Assembly (NCBI GenBank): GCA_002189035.1
Contig: NEEC01000023.1
Coordinates: forward strand, 496,001 to 560,000
Source of the DNA: Utricularia gibba
Taxonomy: Eukaryota > Plantae > Magnoliophyta
Direction: 5' to 3'
DNA: 64,000 bases
Shown here: positions 49,385 to 64,000 of the stretch, in pieces
Layout: the number at the start of each line of letters is the position of its first letter
Numbering within the stretch: position 1 is the first letter of the stretch
Position numbers and translations under genes: made by a program
The notes under the pieces: generated by a model
Seen by the model: the letters and a program-made list of their open reading frames with translations, nothing else
Told to the model about the DNA's origin: nothing
Databases searched by the model: none

Positions 49385-50950
49385 ATGTCTACGCAGAGCG
49401 CTGGTGGAAGAGAGGGATCAGCCAAGACAGCAGTGGCGGATCAAATTTCTCAATCCGTGCAGTCCACGTCTAATCTCCTCCGTATGTTGGATTCATCCCC
49501 CTCCCAAGTACGTCTTCTCTTTCTCAGACAATTTTTGCTCGTGTTGGCGATTCCTTATTTTTGCCTATCGCATTTTTTTCTTTTGTTTTCTTGGGTGGCA
49601 TGGGCATCAGCCTAACTGTGTTATTTGGAAGTTTACATTTCGTTGCGTCTTTCGTTGGATCCGTTTGGTTTGGTTTGCCCGGTATGCGTAATCTTGAAGG
49701 TTTTGTCTTCTTGAGTAATGACTGGAAACTATGCTGAGAAATTTTTAAAGATCATGCTAACGAGTTTCAGTTATGATTTTTATCCATTTTCCATTCCACC
49801 ACTAGGGATTCTATAAAATGAGAAGTTTTCAGATTTTGTATGGAAACTAGACGAGGGGTTACCCCGACTACCTTACAGGAGGGGTATAAGTCATTTGCAA
49901 CGATATGCGTGTTTTTTTGCTCAAAAAGTGTGTGGTTTCACATAAAGACAATTCCTGGAACAATGAATGAGCATATGATGACCAGAGGTGTCTTCTTTAG
50001 TTTTAACAAAGGTCTCTGTTTCTTTTCAGTAATTTTGTGCTATCCAGATGCGGTTCTTTTGTATTTTGAGAGTTTATTATTTCAGGAATGAAGGGTGCAT
50101 CTTTGTTTTTAAATCGTTGCAGGCTCAACTTAGTAAGCTTCCTAGAAACCTCCTAACGATGTGCTCAACAATAAAAAATACACAAATGGTATGCGTGTAT
50201 ATTCATCTGCCCGAGGTTCACACTGCAGACCTTTTAATAGTGGGCTTATCTGATTATGTATGATGAAGGTCTTGGAGCAGTTACCTCAAGCAATTTCATC
50301 ACTTGATACGCAGGTGGACAGAGGACTAGAAAGGTTTACTCTCTCTAACCTTGTTTTCGTAGTTTACCGAAACAATTGAAATGATAATACTGGTTCTGTC
50401 CATTGTGAGTGGTTAGACCAAAATCCTATAAACGTTTTTTATAACACCAGTTTTTGTAGCAAAGGTCATATCCTGTGATATTCTGTTGTACAAAGCAGAT
50501 GCAAGAGAGGCCTTACATGAAATTCAGAAAAAAATAAACTTGATCGAAATGGGATATGAGAACAAGCTTGCGCTACTCTTTGTTCCAATTTGTGTCTGTG
50601 TTACGATGCCTACTAATTTAGTTCCCCGGCCTGTACTCACAACCTCGATTCTTAGAATGCATTCTGTATCACATGAAAGATTAGTCTCTTGGTTATCTAT
50701 TTTTGCAGTGTACCTCATTTGGATACTGTAATCCAGTTGCTTTCAAATGTGCAAAGCACTCAGCTCATGTCTTTGTCGAAATCCCACCTCCCCCAACAGG
50801 TATATTTAATCTTTCTGTGATTTTTTAGACTGTCTAATAAACCGAGAGGGGAAATTTTTTTTTTCATCAGTGATCCCGCTCAATCAACAGCAGCAAGTAG
50901 ACCATTTCCTAACAAGACAGACATCAATGAAGCAAGGCCCGTGTCAATAA
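49385..50950 (+). CDS. TOM2B: Tobamovirus multiplication protein 2B-like
   Basis: Exons 49385-49507 (SAKTAVADQISQSVQSTSNLL), 50123-50188 (AQLSKLPRNLL), 50269-50333 (VLEQLPQAISSLD), 50709-50799 (SVPHLDTVIQLL). The final exon is ambiguous, so the end coordinate is approximate. Confidence 0.85.
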
Positions 50951-50959
50951 AGGATGATA

Positions 50960-51600
50960 ATGAGTTTCTCTATCTCAAAGTCATCACGAAAGTAGAGGCG
51001 AAAACAGGTCCCAGAAACTGAAAAAGAACAAGCATATGCATGGTAACACAACGATCATCATTCGGGAGGCAAGAATGGAGACCATGAGGTAGTTCTTTGG
51101 TGAGACTTTGATATGCATGCATCCTGCGTGCATTAGCACTAAAAATCTGTGTACCAATACCTGTTTTGAACTGACAAAGAACAGGATCATTGTTAAATCT
51201 GTGAGGGCATACCGAATTACTAGGGGCAACTTGCTGAAAATTCTACAGGAAAGAACTACATCTGCAAATAGAAGACAATTAAAGAGGCAAAGCATTATAT
51301 ATATTCCTCAAGAAGATCCCATCTTGCTTCAAATTACCAATGTTCTATCTATCTACTGCTGCTGTGGTAGAAGGCAACTTCTCACGTTTACAGATAATGA
51401 TTCCCATGGAAGAAAGGGTGTTTGGTTTGGAGAAGTTCAATACTTACAAAGCAATGAAAAACATACCAATGATTCGGAGCATCCACGGCACATATGAACC
51501 TACAATTATGGAATGCTAAAAGTGCGTGCAGAAGAAAAAGAAGAAGATTGTGACGAGAAGCCGGGCAAGGAACCCTGGCGTAATACCTTCCGTTCTTCCA
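50960..51600 (-). other. Candidate small spliced transcript divergent from RPL14 (small protein or lncRNA)
   Basis: ATG GAA GAA CGG AAG followed by a GT donor; short exon VHMCRGCSESL; further AG/GT-bounded blocks that can join in phase 0. No family recognised. Confidence 0.3.
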
Positions 51601-51689
51601 TTTTCCTATCAGATTTCGGTACGGTTTTGACCGTACGCTGATCTCTGTCTCGTATCAACGGCTAGGGATCATCCTGGGGCCCACAAAAT

Positions 51690-51848
51690 TTGCAAAAGTA
51701 CTGTACATGGGCCCCCACCAATCATCTAGGACCACGTGTATCAAGCCCATGCTGCTGTAACACATACAGACGTGATTGGGCCGATAGCCCAAGTAATGTG
51801 TCACGTTAGGCTGAAGTATCACGGATTAGGCCCATAAGAAAACCCTAG
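51690..51848. promoter_or_regulatory. Ribosomal-protein-type promoter: multiple Site II elements plus telo-box
   Basis: GGGCCCA, TGGGCC, AGCCCA and GGCCCA repeats at 51690-51835, and AAACCCTAG at 51840, about 90 nt before the RPL14 ATG. Confidence 0.75.
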
Positions 51849-51935
51849 ATTCTAATATTATACAGCTTTCTGTTTTTAACTTCCGTCTGTTCCCTTGCGT
51901 CGTCTCCAACTCACGCCGCTTCGTCTGCCGCGGAA

Positions 51936-52949
51936 ATGGTGAGCCTGGATGAGTGGATCTGGATTCCGATGTGCTCATGAACTGTTGTTTTCTGCAGCTT
52001 AGATTTAGGGGATCCGATGATTAAATATTTTGTGTTTTGGTTTCAATTTGCAGCCGTTCAAGAGGTACGTTGAGATCGGTCGTGTTGCCCTCGTGAACTA
52101 CGGAAAGGAGTATGGCAGGCTTGTGGTCATCGTCGACGTCATTGATCAGAACAGGGTGCGTGCCTTATTCTTTGCTCGCTTTTGTTTCTTTTTTTTTTCC
52201 GGTTAGATTCAAGGTGGTAGATTTGCTCCTGATTTGGTTATACGCTCACCGCGAAATGTAAGTTGAAGTTCTTTTCATTCCCTTCTTGGGTAATGGATTA
52301 TGGGTTTCTCTGAAAACGAGATTGGTTCTTGTTGTGGTTGAAACTTGGACTAGTGGGCTCGTTATTTTTCGGTTTTGGCTAAATCCAGAAGAATAAGCAT
52401 CACATGTCCCCAGCTTTCCTTTGTTGATTTTAAAATATTGAAGAGTTTATGATATTAGGCACTTGTGGATGCGCCTGACATGGTGAGGAGTCAAATGAAC
52501 TTCAAGAGGCTTTCCCTTACCGACATTAAGATCGACATCAAAAGGGTCCCAAAGAAGAAGGCCCTTGTAGATGCCATGGAGGCCGCTGGTGTGTCTCCGT
52601 ATATAGTTTAGGATAAAACATAAGTTAAACTTCGTTACGCGTCATTGAACCTCGTACACTATGCAGATGTGAAGGGCAAATGGGAAAAGAGTTCATGGGG
52701 CCGGAAGCTCATAGTGCAGAAGAGGAGAGCTTCCCTGAATGATTTCGACCGGTTCAAGCTAATGCTCGCCAAGATCAAGGTATTGAAAGTTGTACAAAAG
52801 AAGTTTTCCTCCAGCTTGGTTTTGTATGTGTCCGATTGGTGTTTGCTTTCTTTATGCTTTCCTTGACATGAGCTAGTCTGTTGACATTGCAGAAAGCTGG
52901 AGTTGTTAGACGGGAGCTTGCTAGTCTCAAGAAGAAACAGCTTGAGTAG
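51936..52949 (+). CDS. RPL14: 60S ribosomal protein L14 (eL14), 5 exons
   Basis: Exons 51936-51938, 52054-52155, 52459-52588, 52667-52779, 52893-52949. Translation [68 protein letters not shown]. Confidence 0.98.
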
Positions 52950-53328
52950 TGCTTCATTTGGTTACTGCCTCCATGTGCCCACATAAAGTTCCTTGTTTGT
53001 TCCTGATCTTTCTTATGAATAGAAGTTGATCGATTTTTGAGTTATTTGGAGTAGGTGCCAAGACAATATATCCGACATCAATTTGCTTTTTCCGCTTCCC
53101 ATGCGCTTTTAACTGCACTTGCTGCTACATTATGTGAAGAAAGTCATAAGATGAGAAGTAAATGTGATGAAGTCCTGATAGACGCACCATGAAGCTACAC
53201 AGTGAAAATGAAAAACTGTTGCAAGTACAGCTCTAGGAGTATACACAGAAAGTCACGTTACACATTTACAATGAGATCAACAATAGTACAAATTATTTAA
53301 ACAAGGGGTTTGTATGAGTTCTTACCTG

Positions 53329-56621
<3,293 letters not shown>

Positions 56622-58063
56622 ATCCACCAATTGGAGCAAAATTTCTCAATCCCAAACCACTCCCCAAAACACCTGAATCTCAAAGCTCATTTCATCTCCA
56701 TCCCAGTGGAAAAGATGCCATAAAATCGTCGGATCCGCAAGAAAAAAACAGAATGCGGATCGACAATCTAGCCACGATGAGGCAAAAGCATCGCCCACAA
56801 GACGCGAAAATCAAAACCCTAATTGGGGCCGTAAATTGACAAATTCATGGCAGCGACAACATCGATCTGGTTGCGGAGAGATCCACAAATGAAATGCTCG
56901 CTCAAAGACGAAATCGAAAAGATGGACCGGCAGCTAGCGAAAGATGAGGGGGAACAAAAGGAAACGACAGAAACAAATATCGAAGCACATTTTATGTTAT
57001 TATTTAACAAATATAAAATATAACAAACAAATAAAAATAATTATCTAAATCAATCATTTTTTTTAATTTTTTCATAAAAATCACTTTAAAAATCATAAAT
57101 TTGAATTGAATGTAATATGATTTCACAAACATGTTTCCATGCATGCATACACACATTCCTTGAGACCCAAACATGTGTGCGTCTTGTCCTTTAGATAGCA
57201 TGTTGAATGGTGTGTCACGATGATCATTGGGGACAATGTGCTCTACTTATCTTATACTATTTATTATTTTCCGTATCAGGTTACATGAAAACTTTAGTTT
57301 TGAATTCATACATCCAATCTAGTATTTCAATCAATATTCGAGTTTTAAAAAAAAATTAGACTTAGAATTTGATCGAACAAAATTTCGGATAAATTTCAAA
57401 ATGGGGTCAAATGTATGCATCCTATTTTATGTTATGTGTTTGGGGCCATAATTTTCAATTCCTTTGTCCAACCATACAAGTCACCCTTTCATTCTTTGAG
57501 CATCAAAGAAGGAGGTTTCTTATTATATGAAAATTTATTTTCGTATCAAATAAATTTCGCCACATTTATATCAAGTAAATTAAAATTTAACTTAAGAAGG
57601 TGTAGTAAGACTACCTCAAAGTGTAGCGAACCGTGTTATCTTGTTGAGGATTCTCTAAAAACCACATGGTGCTAGGGTTTTGATTTTCAATACCACTTAA
57701 TTTTCATCCTAAAACTACTCTCGTCTAAACATGGTTAACTTTTCAATAAGATCAAGTTAAGATGTTAAGTTATATTAACAGAAGCTACGGAATGGATATG
57801 TTTCAAGGATAAGTGGGAAAAAAAACGAGTCTAGTTTAAAAATCGAGTGTATGAAATCCAAAATAGTGGCATGGGAGGTTAGTAATTGTATAAGCAAAGC
57901 GAGAGAAGTTGGATGAAATGAAACTGCGGCCTAGGAACCATCTCAAGTTCGCCATCACATCAAGATCAACCCAATGCAAACTAGGGTTTTCTGACAAATA
58001 TAGAACAACCCTAAACCCTAAACAGACCCGAGACACTTGCAGGAATTGAGCTCCAAACTTGTT

Positions 58064-59134
58064 CTACTTCCTATTGGTAGTAGAGGGAGAGGGGAAATCA
58101 GTCCATGGAGAAGCTGCATTGCTCCAATGATCATTTCGCAGCAGCTTTGCTCCTGTGAATTGTCTTGGTAGATCCATTTCGGGGTTTTCTTCAGGTTTCA
58201 CTGGTTCAGATTGAGAGAAGAGTGGCTCCGAGTGCTTAGGCTGCAGCATATCGGAGACAATGAACGGCGACTCGCCGTGTTGAAACCCCGGAGACGGGTC
58301 CATGAAACCCAGCTGCGGCGCGTGGTGAAACCGCCACGCCTCGAGGCTACTGTCACTACACGAGAAAAGTGGCGCCAATGCACCGCCGGTAAGCAAATCA
58401 CCTCCCACTAGTTCAGGGGCGGTGTTGAAGTTTCCGCCTAGCTGCGGGATAAAGCGTAGAGGGGGCGGGATGAGGCCACCGTTGCCGGTTGTCGGAATAC
58501 CGAGGGTCCCGGGGGCGGTGGTGGTGGTTTGCCGGTCGCTTCTTGTCTGGGACTTGGAGGCGTTTGACTTGCTTCTTTTGTTTCTGCGACAACCACCGCC
58601 TACCGGGACGTTCCTCAACGCGCCACCCCTGGTCCAATACCTGTCCGAATATTACCATTATTATTATTTATGGAATAAACCCCTAAAGACTAATATTCCA
58701 ACAATACCTTCTGCAAGCCTTGCAGAAGTGACGCGGCTGAGAAAGGCTGTAGTTATTGAAGTAGCAAAACTTGGTGTTGGTGGAATCGCATCGGGGGCAT
58801 CGGAGAGCCGATTCCGGCATCGGAACATTAACAAGACGGGCACGCTCCGCCATAGATCCCGGCCGGATAGCTGCAGAGTCACCGCCCCCATGCGGCTGCG
58901 GCGGGATCAAACTACTGCCGCCGCTACTCCCAATCACCTGATGACTCCGAAGCTCAAGAAATCAAACAACAACAACAACAACAAAAGATAAAGAGAAAGA
59001 GAGAATATCTTCTTTATCTTTTTGCTTTAACCATGGAAGACTAAGGAAAGCAAAAGCAAGGAAAGGGAAGAAGCCCCGACCTGGTTCCAATTCGATGCAG
59101 TATCAAGATACGCAGGAAGAGAGGAGAAAGCCAT
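58064..59134 (-). CDS. DOF: Dof C2C2 zinc-finger transcription factor (OBP3/DOF5.1/DOF2.2-like clade), 3 exons
   Basis: Exons 59134-59081 ([18 protein letters not shown]), 58937-58708 ([43 protein letters not shown]) and 58640-58064 ([22 protein letters not shown]..). The Dof domain is split by intron 58641-58707. Confidence 0.95.
58642..58703. mobile_element. 62-bp TIR-bounded insertion forming an intron (introner/MITE-like)
   Basis: Begins TGTCCGAATATTA and ends TAATATTCCAACA (11/13 inverted match, TG...CA ends). Flanked on both sides by ATACC (58637-58641 and 58704-58708). Confidence 0.6.
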
Positions 59135-60010
59135 GGCTGCGGATCTTTAAAAATTCCGTGCTTTGTAAAGAGCATGTGGGTTCTTGAGATGGTAGTGGAG
59201 GATCAAAAGTGGAGCTGGAGGTGGGAATATGGAACCAGAGAAATAAAGCAAGGGGCTGCTTTATGCTGTGTATATTATATACACACACAACTCAGACGGG
59301 GAATACTACTGATCTAGATATGTTCCCACTCTGACTGGCTTCCATTCGTTGCTTTTTCTTGTTTTAAGCGTTCAAGGGACATACGCCATGTTTCAGCTTC
59401 CTTACTCCTTAGGTGTTCCCTAACATCTCATGTTTGAAACTGGGTGGGGCTTAGCTTTGCTCAGTTTCATAGGCGTTGCAGAACTAAAAAAAATCGATAC
59501 AAGCTGCCTAAAATTCATTCATCATCGTCTTCTTGGTATTTTACAGCACTGGTTCATGGCTGATCCAATTTGATCCGGGTTCAAAGTCGGGTCAAGATTT
59601 GGGTATAGGAGAGTAGCCTGGTCACCGGTCTAACTTGTGGTATGTGGTGAGGAATGTTCATCAGTGGACGCAAAACTACAAGAGACTTGTTACCAAATCA
59701 TCAAGTAGAATCGGATACGAAGAATGATTCGAAGAGATCGCGTTGAACACAATAGGTATAGATGTGGTGGTGTATGGTGCACATCTTGATTCAAGAAATG
59801 TCCATGGTTTTAGCTTCTTCTGGTCAGCAAAGGAGAGTACAAATGTATCAACAAAATCGTAGATACTTAGAAGTTTAAAATCATACCGACACCGGATTGC
59901 GGAAAAGTTTCCTTTGGTAAGCACCAAATTCCTTCTTTGGGGTTCAGCAAGCATGAGGCAGTTCCAACAGGGATTTTTCGAAGACGGACAACCCCATCTC
60001 AGAATGAGCA

Positions 60011-61234
60011 TCACCAGAACCTACCTCTGATCCAGAAAAGAAGGAAGACCACCCCTAGAACCACAGCAACCGGAGCCCATTTCCGAATCAATGCCTGCAG
60101 CAATATTACAGGTTGCATCATTAAGATAATTTAGACAGGAAAAAGAAAGCATTTTAAGGGATGTGAGGATGGTCCATTTGACTAACTGTAAGACACTTTA
60201 TTGGTCGTGGATCAAGGGATGCGATGAACAGAAAACACAATACCTATCACTTTATCTTGATCTCTTTTACAAGAAGAGAGACAGACTAACCTGATTATTT
60301 AAATCTTTGGCTTTCATGGCATAGATGCGAGATTCGGATGTCAAGCGACTGGACATCTCACTCACCTCTGCAAAATACAATCGAGGAAGGGGGTCAAGAC
60401 ACTCATCCACCAAACAAAAACTGGGCAGAAGCAAGGCCATGCACTAAAACTGAACTCTATAAATAAATATGTCAATCATGCATATTTAAAGATGCCATCA
60501 GAGAGAAACTTACGATCCAACTTTTCACCAACACCAAGTACTTCTTGGACATTGCGAGCCATTATCTGGTGAACTTCATATAGTTCATCATTTAACTTTG
60601 CAATATTCCTTTGGGATCTTGTATCTTGATACAACTTCTTTGTTTTTTGTATAAATGTGTCTGAAAATAAAAAGGCGAAAGTGGTGGTAAATCCATGTTT
60701 TCAGAACCCAGAACAAAGGGATAACAAAATTTACCAAATTTGATGAAAGCATACGGCCGTGCAGCTGTTTCAATCTGATTGCCGTATGCATTTTCAAATT
60801 CATTCTTCAGGTCTTCCAGATACTGGAACACTAGTTTCTTAGGATAAGCACGGTCACACATAGACAAATAGCAAACTCGACCTTCAATGAGATAACTGCA
60901 CATGCGAGTTAAGGACAGATTTACAGAAATCGTGGATATAAGATCCAGAATAGATTTGTGTACACTAGCATTATCATGAACTATTGGTAAGTAACTAACC
61001 GAAGATCCATAAAAATGAATTCAGGTATGAAATGGATAAAGGATACTGAAACACATAAGGCCCTGTTTCGATCGACATTCTTGATGGCTCATTCTGCCCA
61101 ACACACAACTTCTTAAACAAAGACTTAACTTGCTGCTTGTAAAATTCAGCATCTGGGACATCACGGGCATCATCTAATCCCTCGGCTAGTGGAAGGCCAT
61201 CAGTAATGCGTGCAATCATAGTAAGCTTCACCAT
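60011..61234 (-). CDS. SEC22: SEC22 R-SNARE (longin domain + synaptobrevin + TM), 5 exons
   Basis: MVKLTMIARITDGLPLAEGLDD; CDRAYPKKLVFQYLEDLKNEF; ETAARPYAFIKFD; KLNDELYEVHQIM; last exon 60094-60011 ALIRKWAPVAVVLGVVFLLFW. Confidence 0.97.
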
Positions 61235-61804
61235 TTCCTCACAAGCTCACACCTAAATCACAATCATGTGAAGAAGGATCTCGCGCAATTCCAAAATATT
61301 AAACATTCATGAACTCTGCATTCCCTCATTAACTCACAAAAATCAAAATTCATATGCAGATCAACAAATACCCTAATTCTCTTTCCAAAAACACAAAGCA
61401 AGCATTCGCAACCCAAATTCAGCTCCCCGAAAACGCTCGATTCAGATCGAACCTACCCTCCACTTTTGATCCATCACCAAAACCAAAAACCAAGTTTTGG
61501 AAAACAGCAAGCAAGCAGAAGCAACCTCATATACCTTTCGCATACGTATGCGATCTCCTTCGTTACGCACACTCTCCTCGGGAGACAGCTCGCCGATCTT
61601 GAATTCTGCAGTTGGAAAACAACCACCGAAACTATGCTACTTTCAAAATTTGCAGAATGCTACAATCGCCCTGCCGCAGCCTGCCGGCTCAATCCCCCGT
61701 TCCCAATTTTATTTCCAACTCCGGGTAATCGATCAGCAATTATCGCAAATGGTGCCAAAGACAAATTTTCAATGTTTCAATTTCGTATTTCTAATGTTAC
61801 CTAA

Positions 61805-61912
61805 AAAACGAAATTTCGTAAAAAAAATTAACAAAATTTCGAAGTATTACTTATAAAAAGAAATTTAAAATTTCGATAAATTTTAACAAAATTTCATCGA
61901 AATTTAAAATAT
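61805..61912. repeat. Short clustered AAATTTC(G) repeats in both orientations
   Basis: Four AAATTTC(G) copies plus inverted GAAATTT copies within ~110 nt upstream of SEC22; possibly a transposon subterminal relic. Confidence 0.4.
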
Positions 61913-62267
61913 CTTGCATTACAAACTTCAATTTTCATCATAATCCGAAAAAATAGGAACGAAAAACGGAAAAAGTAATAATTTCTGAAATTTTATTATT
62001 ATTTTTATGACAACAAATTAAATGAGCGATGTACGGGCCTAGAGCGCGAGTCCGGCGCAGCCCTACTCTGGGCCTTGAAATATCATGCACGGTCCAAAAC
62101 GAAGCCCACTAAGAGTTCCGTCCAAGTTTAATGGTCTGGACCAGTTCCCAGGTAAAGCCCATTGTACTCTTTTTGTTTCAGGTCTGGCCCAAAACCTCCA
62201 TGCATTTTAAATACGGAATATTTCAAATTCTATTATTTTTGAAAATCTTCCAACATTAGCCGACTCT

Positions 62268-62308
62268 GACACGTGTTGACCCGCATGTGCCTGGATCCCC
62301 CACGTGTC
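62268..62308. promoter_or_regulatory. Paired ABRE/G-box elements upstream of oleosin
   Basis: GACACGTG at 62268 and CACGTGTC at 62301, 70-110 nt before the ATG. This is the usual architecture of ABA/seed-maturation promoters. Confidence 0.65.
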
Positions 62309-62380
62309 TAATAATTCTCCCCCAAGCCCCTTGATATCACGCCCCGGCGGGCTCCCGCCCTCCCTCAGCCACTCTAAAAC

Positions 62381-62785
62381 ATGGAGTTCCCGGCTGAGAG
62401 GCCCTCCACGGTGTCCTCCATTCTGCTAAAGCTTAAAGAGCACTCTCCCCACTCCGGAGAGCTCCTGGGTCTCTCCGCCCTCGTCATCTCCGGCGCCGTT
62501 CTCCTCCTCTTATCCGGAACCACCCTCACCGCCGCTGCAATCGCTCTAATCATCTTCGTGCCGTTGAGTATCATTACAAGCCCTGTGTGGCTCCCTGTCG
62601 GTGCTCTCGTCTTCATCTTAGGCGGAGCGGGTCTTTCGGTTCTCGGGTTCGCGGCGGCGACTGCCAAGACGGTTTCGTGGATTAACCGGTTCTTTCAGAG
62701 TGGGAATCCGGTTGGACAGACCCCGTTCGATGATCCGAGAACCCTGGCTTTCGATACGGCAGAGTATGTGACGGATGCTGCTTGA
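62381..62785 (+). CDS. OLE: Oleosin (lipid droplet protein), intronless
   Basis: About 70-aa hydrophobic hairpin with proline knot P-X5-S-P-X3-P (PLSIITSPVWLP) and short amphipathic termini. Confidence 0.93.
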   Translation: MEFPAERPSTVSSILLKLKEHSPHSGELLGLSALVISGAVLLLLSGTTLTAAAIALIIFVPLSIITSPVWLPVGALVFILGGAGLSVLGFAAATAKTVSWINRFFQSGNPVGQTPFDDPRTLAFDTAEYVTDAA

Positions 62786-63034
62786 ATGTTTAGTAAAATT
62801 GTTGCGTGGTCTATTTCTTCTTAATATTTTCATTTTATCCCTGGAAAACTTACAAATTACCTGTTCAGTGAAATCAATTTCCCTATACATTTTTTAAATT
62901 AATTAATGAAATTTCCTTCGTTTTGTGATGGGCTCCGGAAGGTCCATGGGCTTTTACAAAACGGATTTCTCTCCTTTGGGCTTTAACCTATAGAATTTAT
63001 CAGTTCCCCTCTTCTTTTCACAATTCTCTCCCGC

Positions 63035-63364
63035 GTGCGCTACAGAGACGTCCACCGCAAGCCCCCCGGTGACGCCGGCGGTGAGTCAGAAGGTGGCGAC
63101 GAGGAAGTCTCCGCATTTGCCGACAGTTCAAGTGCCGGCGTCGAGTCCAGCTCTCTTGAGTTCCGCAGAAAGCTCTACAAAGACTCTGATGAAGCCTCCA
63201 CGAGCTCAGCGACGTCTTCTGCAAGCACGCCGATTTCCGCGGTCTCGCCTCCGGTGAGCCGTCGCCGCCTCCCACGACCATGGAAACTTAGTCGGTTCCT
63301 ACGGCCCGATAGAGTCTCCAACAAGTCCAAGCAATCTTCACACTCAAAAAGGTACAAGGATTAG
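63035..63364 (+). other. ATG-less GC-rich open frame (orphan exon or gene fragment)
   Basis: At least 109 open codons, Ser/acidic then basic (SSATSSASTPISAVSPPVSRRRLPRPWKLSRFLRP). No in-frame ATG back to the stop at 62984; possible acceptor TTTATCAG at 63003. Confidence 0.35.
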
Positions 63365-64000
63365 TATAGAAAGACGGGTTACTTTAACATCTGAAGGTCA
63401 CATGCATCCCACGTGATATGGTCAATCAGGCCCGCTGGATTTAATAATTTTTAATTATATTCCAACAAAATAAAAATAAAAATAAATAAATAATTTGAAT
63501 TCATTCTTTAGAAATTGAACCTCTATTTTCAAATATACGGAATTTTAATTTGAAGGCAAGCGTCAGCAATGTGGATTAATTTGATTGATAATTGCATGAG
63601 GCCCCCGTTGGTCAATTGTTGAAAGGGATAGGTCACGATAGGGGAGGGGCATCGAGGATTGCGAAATTGGTCCACGTCCGAATCCGATGCGGGACGCTGA
63701 GAGACGAGCCGGTCGCTGACTCACTGTTCACCATCATCTTCAACACCTCCCTCAATCGTGCGACTAATCAATTATTTAATTAGGGTTTTAGGACAGAGAG
63801 GAGATTAGGTTCCTCAGCTCGCAACTGGGGAACGTCGATGTCATCGTCCATTGAGGGAATTCTGCTGCATTATCTATCATTTATAAAAACACCCACAAAG
63901 TTGAATACATAGGGGACCATGGTTCCCCCACCTCCCTTTCGCCATAAATATGTATCACATCACATATTCAAGTCGAGGGTGGGTTTTCTTGGGGGGCAAT

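Noticed and set aside
51939-52892. Possible intronic snoRNAs in RPL14
   Set aside because: No properly spaced C box (RTGATGA) and D box (CTGA) pair with a terminal stem was found.
63457-63467. 11-nt match (ATATTCCAACA) to the TIR of the Dof intron element; weaker match near 26452
   Set aside because: No partner TIR or TSD nearby; AT-rich 11-mers recur by chance, so this is not counted as a second copy.

Overview
Gene-dense plant (eudicot) nuclear window with 21 recognisable protein-coding genes, about one per 3 kb, mostly with short (65-100 nt) introns. The compact architecture suggests a small-genome angiosperm; the species cannot be fixed from sequence. Gene order: GT47 xyloglucan galactosyltransferase(-), rhomboid protease(+), small single-pass membrane protein(+), At1g07590-like PPR(+), TSP9(-), DCD-domain protein(-), NPH3/BTB(-), DUF688(-), UBA2c-like RRM(+), TBL(+), CHLI(-), WOX9-like(-), KRP/ICK(-), DUF1644(-), CLASP(-), TOM2B(+), RPL14(+), casein kinase 1(-), Dof(-), SEC22(-), oleosin(+). 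Family assignments come from recalled motifs, not database searches; exon boundaries were traced by eye. The most striking observation is a 67-nt intron inside the Dof DNA-binding domain. It looks like a 62-bp TG...CA element with imperfect terminal inverted repeats and a 5-bp target-site duplication that supplies the splice sites, i.e. introner-like intron gain. Also seen: four -1 frameshifts in otherwise intact genes (probably assembly indels), a Tourist-like MITE, a degenerate telomere-like array, a GC-AG intron, several spliced-looking gene relics or lncRNA candidates, and a candidate hairpin. No rRNA, tRNA or CRISPR features are supported.
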